From the NCBI GenBank assembly GCA_040770465.1, contig JAXGJB010000048.1, forward strand, positions 1-15,854: DNA of 15,854 bases. Reading direction: 5' to 3'. The position numbers were made by a program, and so were the translations under genes. Below the pieces are notes generated by a model. It searched no databases, was not told the DNA's origin, and saw only the letters and a list, made by a program, of their open reading frames with translations. Position 1 is the stretch's first letter, and the number at the start of each line of letters is the position of its first letter. Source of the DNA: Methanothrix sp. (lineage in GTDB: Archaea; Halobacteriota; Methanosarcinia; Methanotrichales; Methanotrichaceae). Shown piece by piece: positions 14,722-15,854 of the stretch.

Positions 14722-15741
14722 TCATTCGATCCTGGCGTCCAGGACGGCGTGAAGCATCCCCGGCGAGTACTTCTTCACCCGGGCGGCCCTCTCGATCCTG
14801 ACGGACCTTCCGGCGCGCTTTGCCGCCTCCGCCAGATCCTCTTCGAGCTTCTGTGGGTAGAGCTTCTCGGGGACGGTCTGATGGTAGTGGAGGACCCCGC
14901 CGGGCCGCAGGGCGGCGATTCCGGCGTCCAGGTACTGATCTGTGCTGCCGACATACCCCATCACCACCCGGTCGGCGACGCCCTTGGGGGCGGCAACTGC
15001 GCAGTCGCCCAGGACCGGCTCGACGATCTTCTCGACGCCGTTGAGGCGCACGTTCTCCGCGAGGTAGCCATAGGCCACCGGGTTGATCTCGATGGCGATG
15101 ATTCTTTTGGGGCGGGAATGGACCGCCATGGGGAGGGTGAAGTACCCGATCCCGGCGAACATGTCGACGACCACTTCGCCCGTGCCCAGGCGGCCCATCC
15201 TCATCCTCTCTTTGAGGTTTCCGGCCGAGAACATCACCTTCATGGGATCGAGCTTGAAGGCGACCCCGTTCTCCCGATGGACCGTCTCCGTCCCGGTCTT
15301 TTCGGAGCCTGCGATCACCTCCCGGTCCGGCTCCCTGAACTTCCCCTCGATCCCCCGGTCCATGAGGACGGAGCTGCAGCGGGGGTAGATCTCGAGGAGG
15401 GCTTCGCCGATAATCGTCTTCAGAGACTCGATCCTCGGGTCGATCTTGACGATTATCACCTTCCCCAGGATGAACCAGCCCTTTGGGAGAAGGGCGCCCT
15501 CCTGGCGGGGGATCTCGCCCGCCAGAAGCTCGGCAAGCTCCGGGAACCTATCGTAAAACTCGGGGGCCTCCTGAACCACGACCTCTCGCCCCGGCAGGGG
15601 AGAGGTCACCGGGATCTCGATCTCGCCGTCCTTAGAGATCGTTTTCCGGCTCCGGTCCAGAAGTCCCAGGCGGAGGGCCGTCTGTAGCGTTCCCTGGGCC
15701 TCCCTCCTCGGGACCGGGACCGCCAGAAACTTTCTTCGCAT
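14722..15741 (-). CDS. taw2: Trm5/TYW2 (Met-10+) family SAM-dependent tRNA-modifying enzyme, most like Taw2 aminocarboxypropyltransferase
   Basis: TVHRENG..FKLDP.KVMFS.GN..ER.R, VVDMFAGIGYF, ADRVVMGY, LHYH and VKKYSPG. It has MGY instead of the Trm5 MNLP motif. Confidence 0.82.
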   Translation of the reverse strand: MRRKFLAVPVPRREAQGTLQTALRLGLLDRSRKTISKDGEIEIPVTSPLPGREVVVQEAPEFYDRFPELAELLAGEIPRQEGALLPKGWFILGKVIIVKIDPRIESLKTIIGEALLEIYPRCSSVLMDRGIEGKFREPDREVIAGSEKTGTETVHRENGVAFKLDPMKVMFSAGNLKERMRMGRLGTGEVVVDMFAGIGYFTLPMAVHSRPKRIIAIEINPVAYGYLAENVRLNGVEKIVEPVLGDCAVAAPKGVADRVVMGYVGSTDQYLDAGIAALRPGGVLHYHQTVPEKLYPQKLEEDLAEAAKRAGRSVRIERAARVKKYSPGMLHAVLDARIE

Positions 15742-15853
15742 TGTAGATCTGATCGAAATCGAGATGATCGTCGGTGACGTTGCACCAGAGGCTGATGGTG
15801 CTGTTGGTGCGGCTAACCCGGTAGTCCTTGTCGTAGACGAGGACGCTCGATTC
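15632..15853 (-). CDS. 3' end of an upstream hypothetical gene (5' partial)
   Basis: Open frame ESSVLVYDKDYRVSRTNSTISLWCNVTDDHLDFDQIYNAKKVSGGPGPEEGGPGNATDGPPPGTSGPEPENDL* with strongly host-like GC3 codons in its first half. It overlaps taw2 by 110 nt. Confidence 0.6.
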   Translation of the reverse strand, partial: ESSVLVYDKDYRVSRTNSTISLWCNVTDDHLDFDQIYNAKKVSGGPGPEEGGPGNATDGPPPGTSGPEPENDL

Positions 15854-15854
15854 G

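Noticed and set aside
14749-15687. Long 312-aa antisense ORF, and similar shadow ORFs such as 9784-10509, 10603-11271, 14169-14801, 1734-2165, 7763-8200 and 8201-8716
   Set aside because: They lie opposite well-supported genes and have no motifs. Such ORFs are expected from high GC3 codon bias.

Overview
GC-rich archaeal DNA; gene content and codon style suggest a methanogen of the Methanothrix (Methanosaeta) type, which is inference only. Housekeeping genes sit at both ends: pmbA/tldE-like and prs on the left; tRNA-Gln(CTG), an MBL hydrolase and a taw2/TYW2-like tRNA-modifying enzyme on the right. Two accessory blocks lie between them. (1) About 2.4-5.9 kb: an ABC-2 exporter pair, two fused gene remnants and an orphan modA, bracketed by two decayed, inward-facing C-terminal fragments of the same tyrosine-recombinase family. 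Neither fragment is in the ORF track. An orphan BtuF/Fe-siderophore-type binding protein follows. (2) About 11.45-13.87 kb: a largely AT-rich island abutting the 3' end of tRNA-Gln, with a secreted tandem-domain protein and three unknown ORFs. The middle also has a membrane metal-dependent hydrolase, a NapH-like 4Fe-4S membrane protein, an unannotated 58-aa Cys-rich protein, a secreted hypothetical protein and an RNase J-like beta-CASP nuclease. All family assignments come from motif recognition, not database searches.
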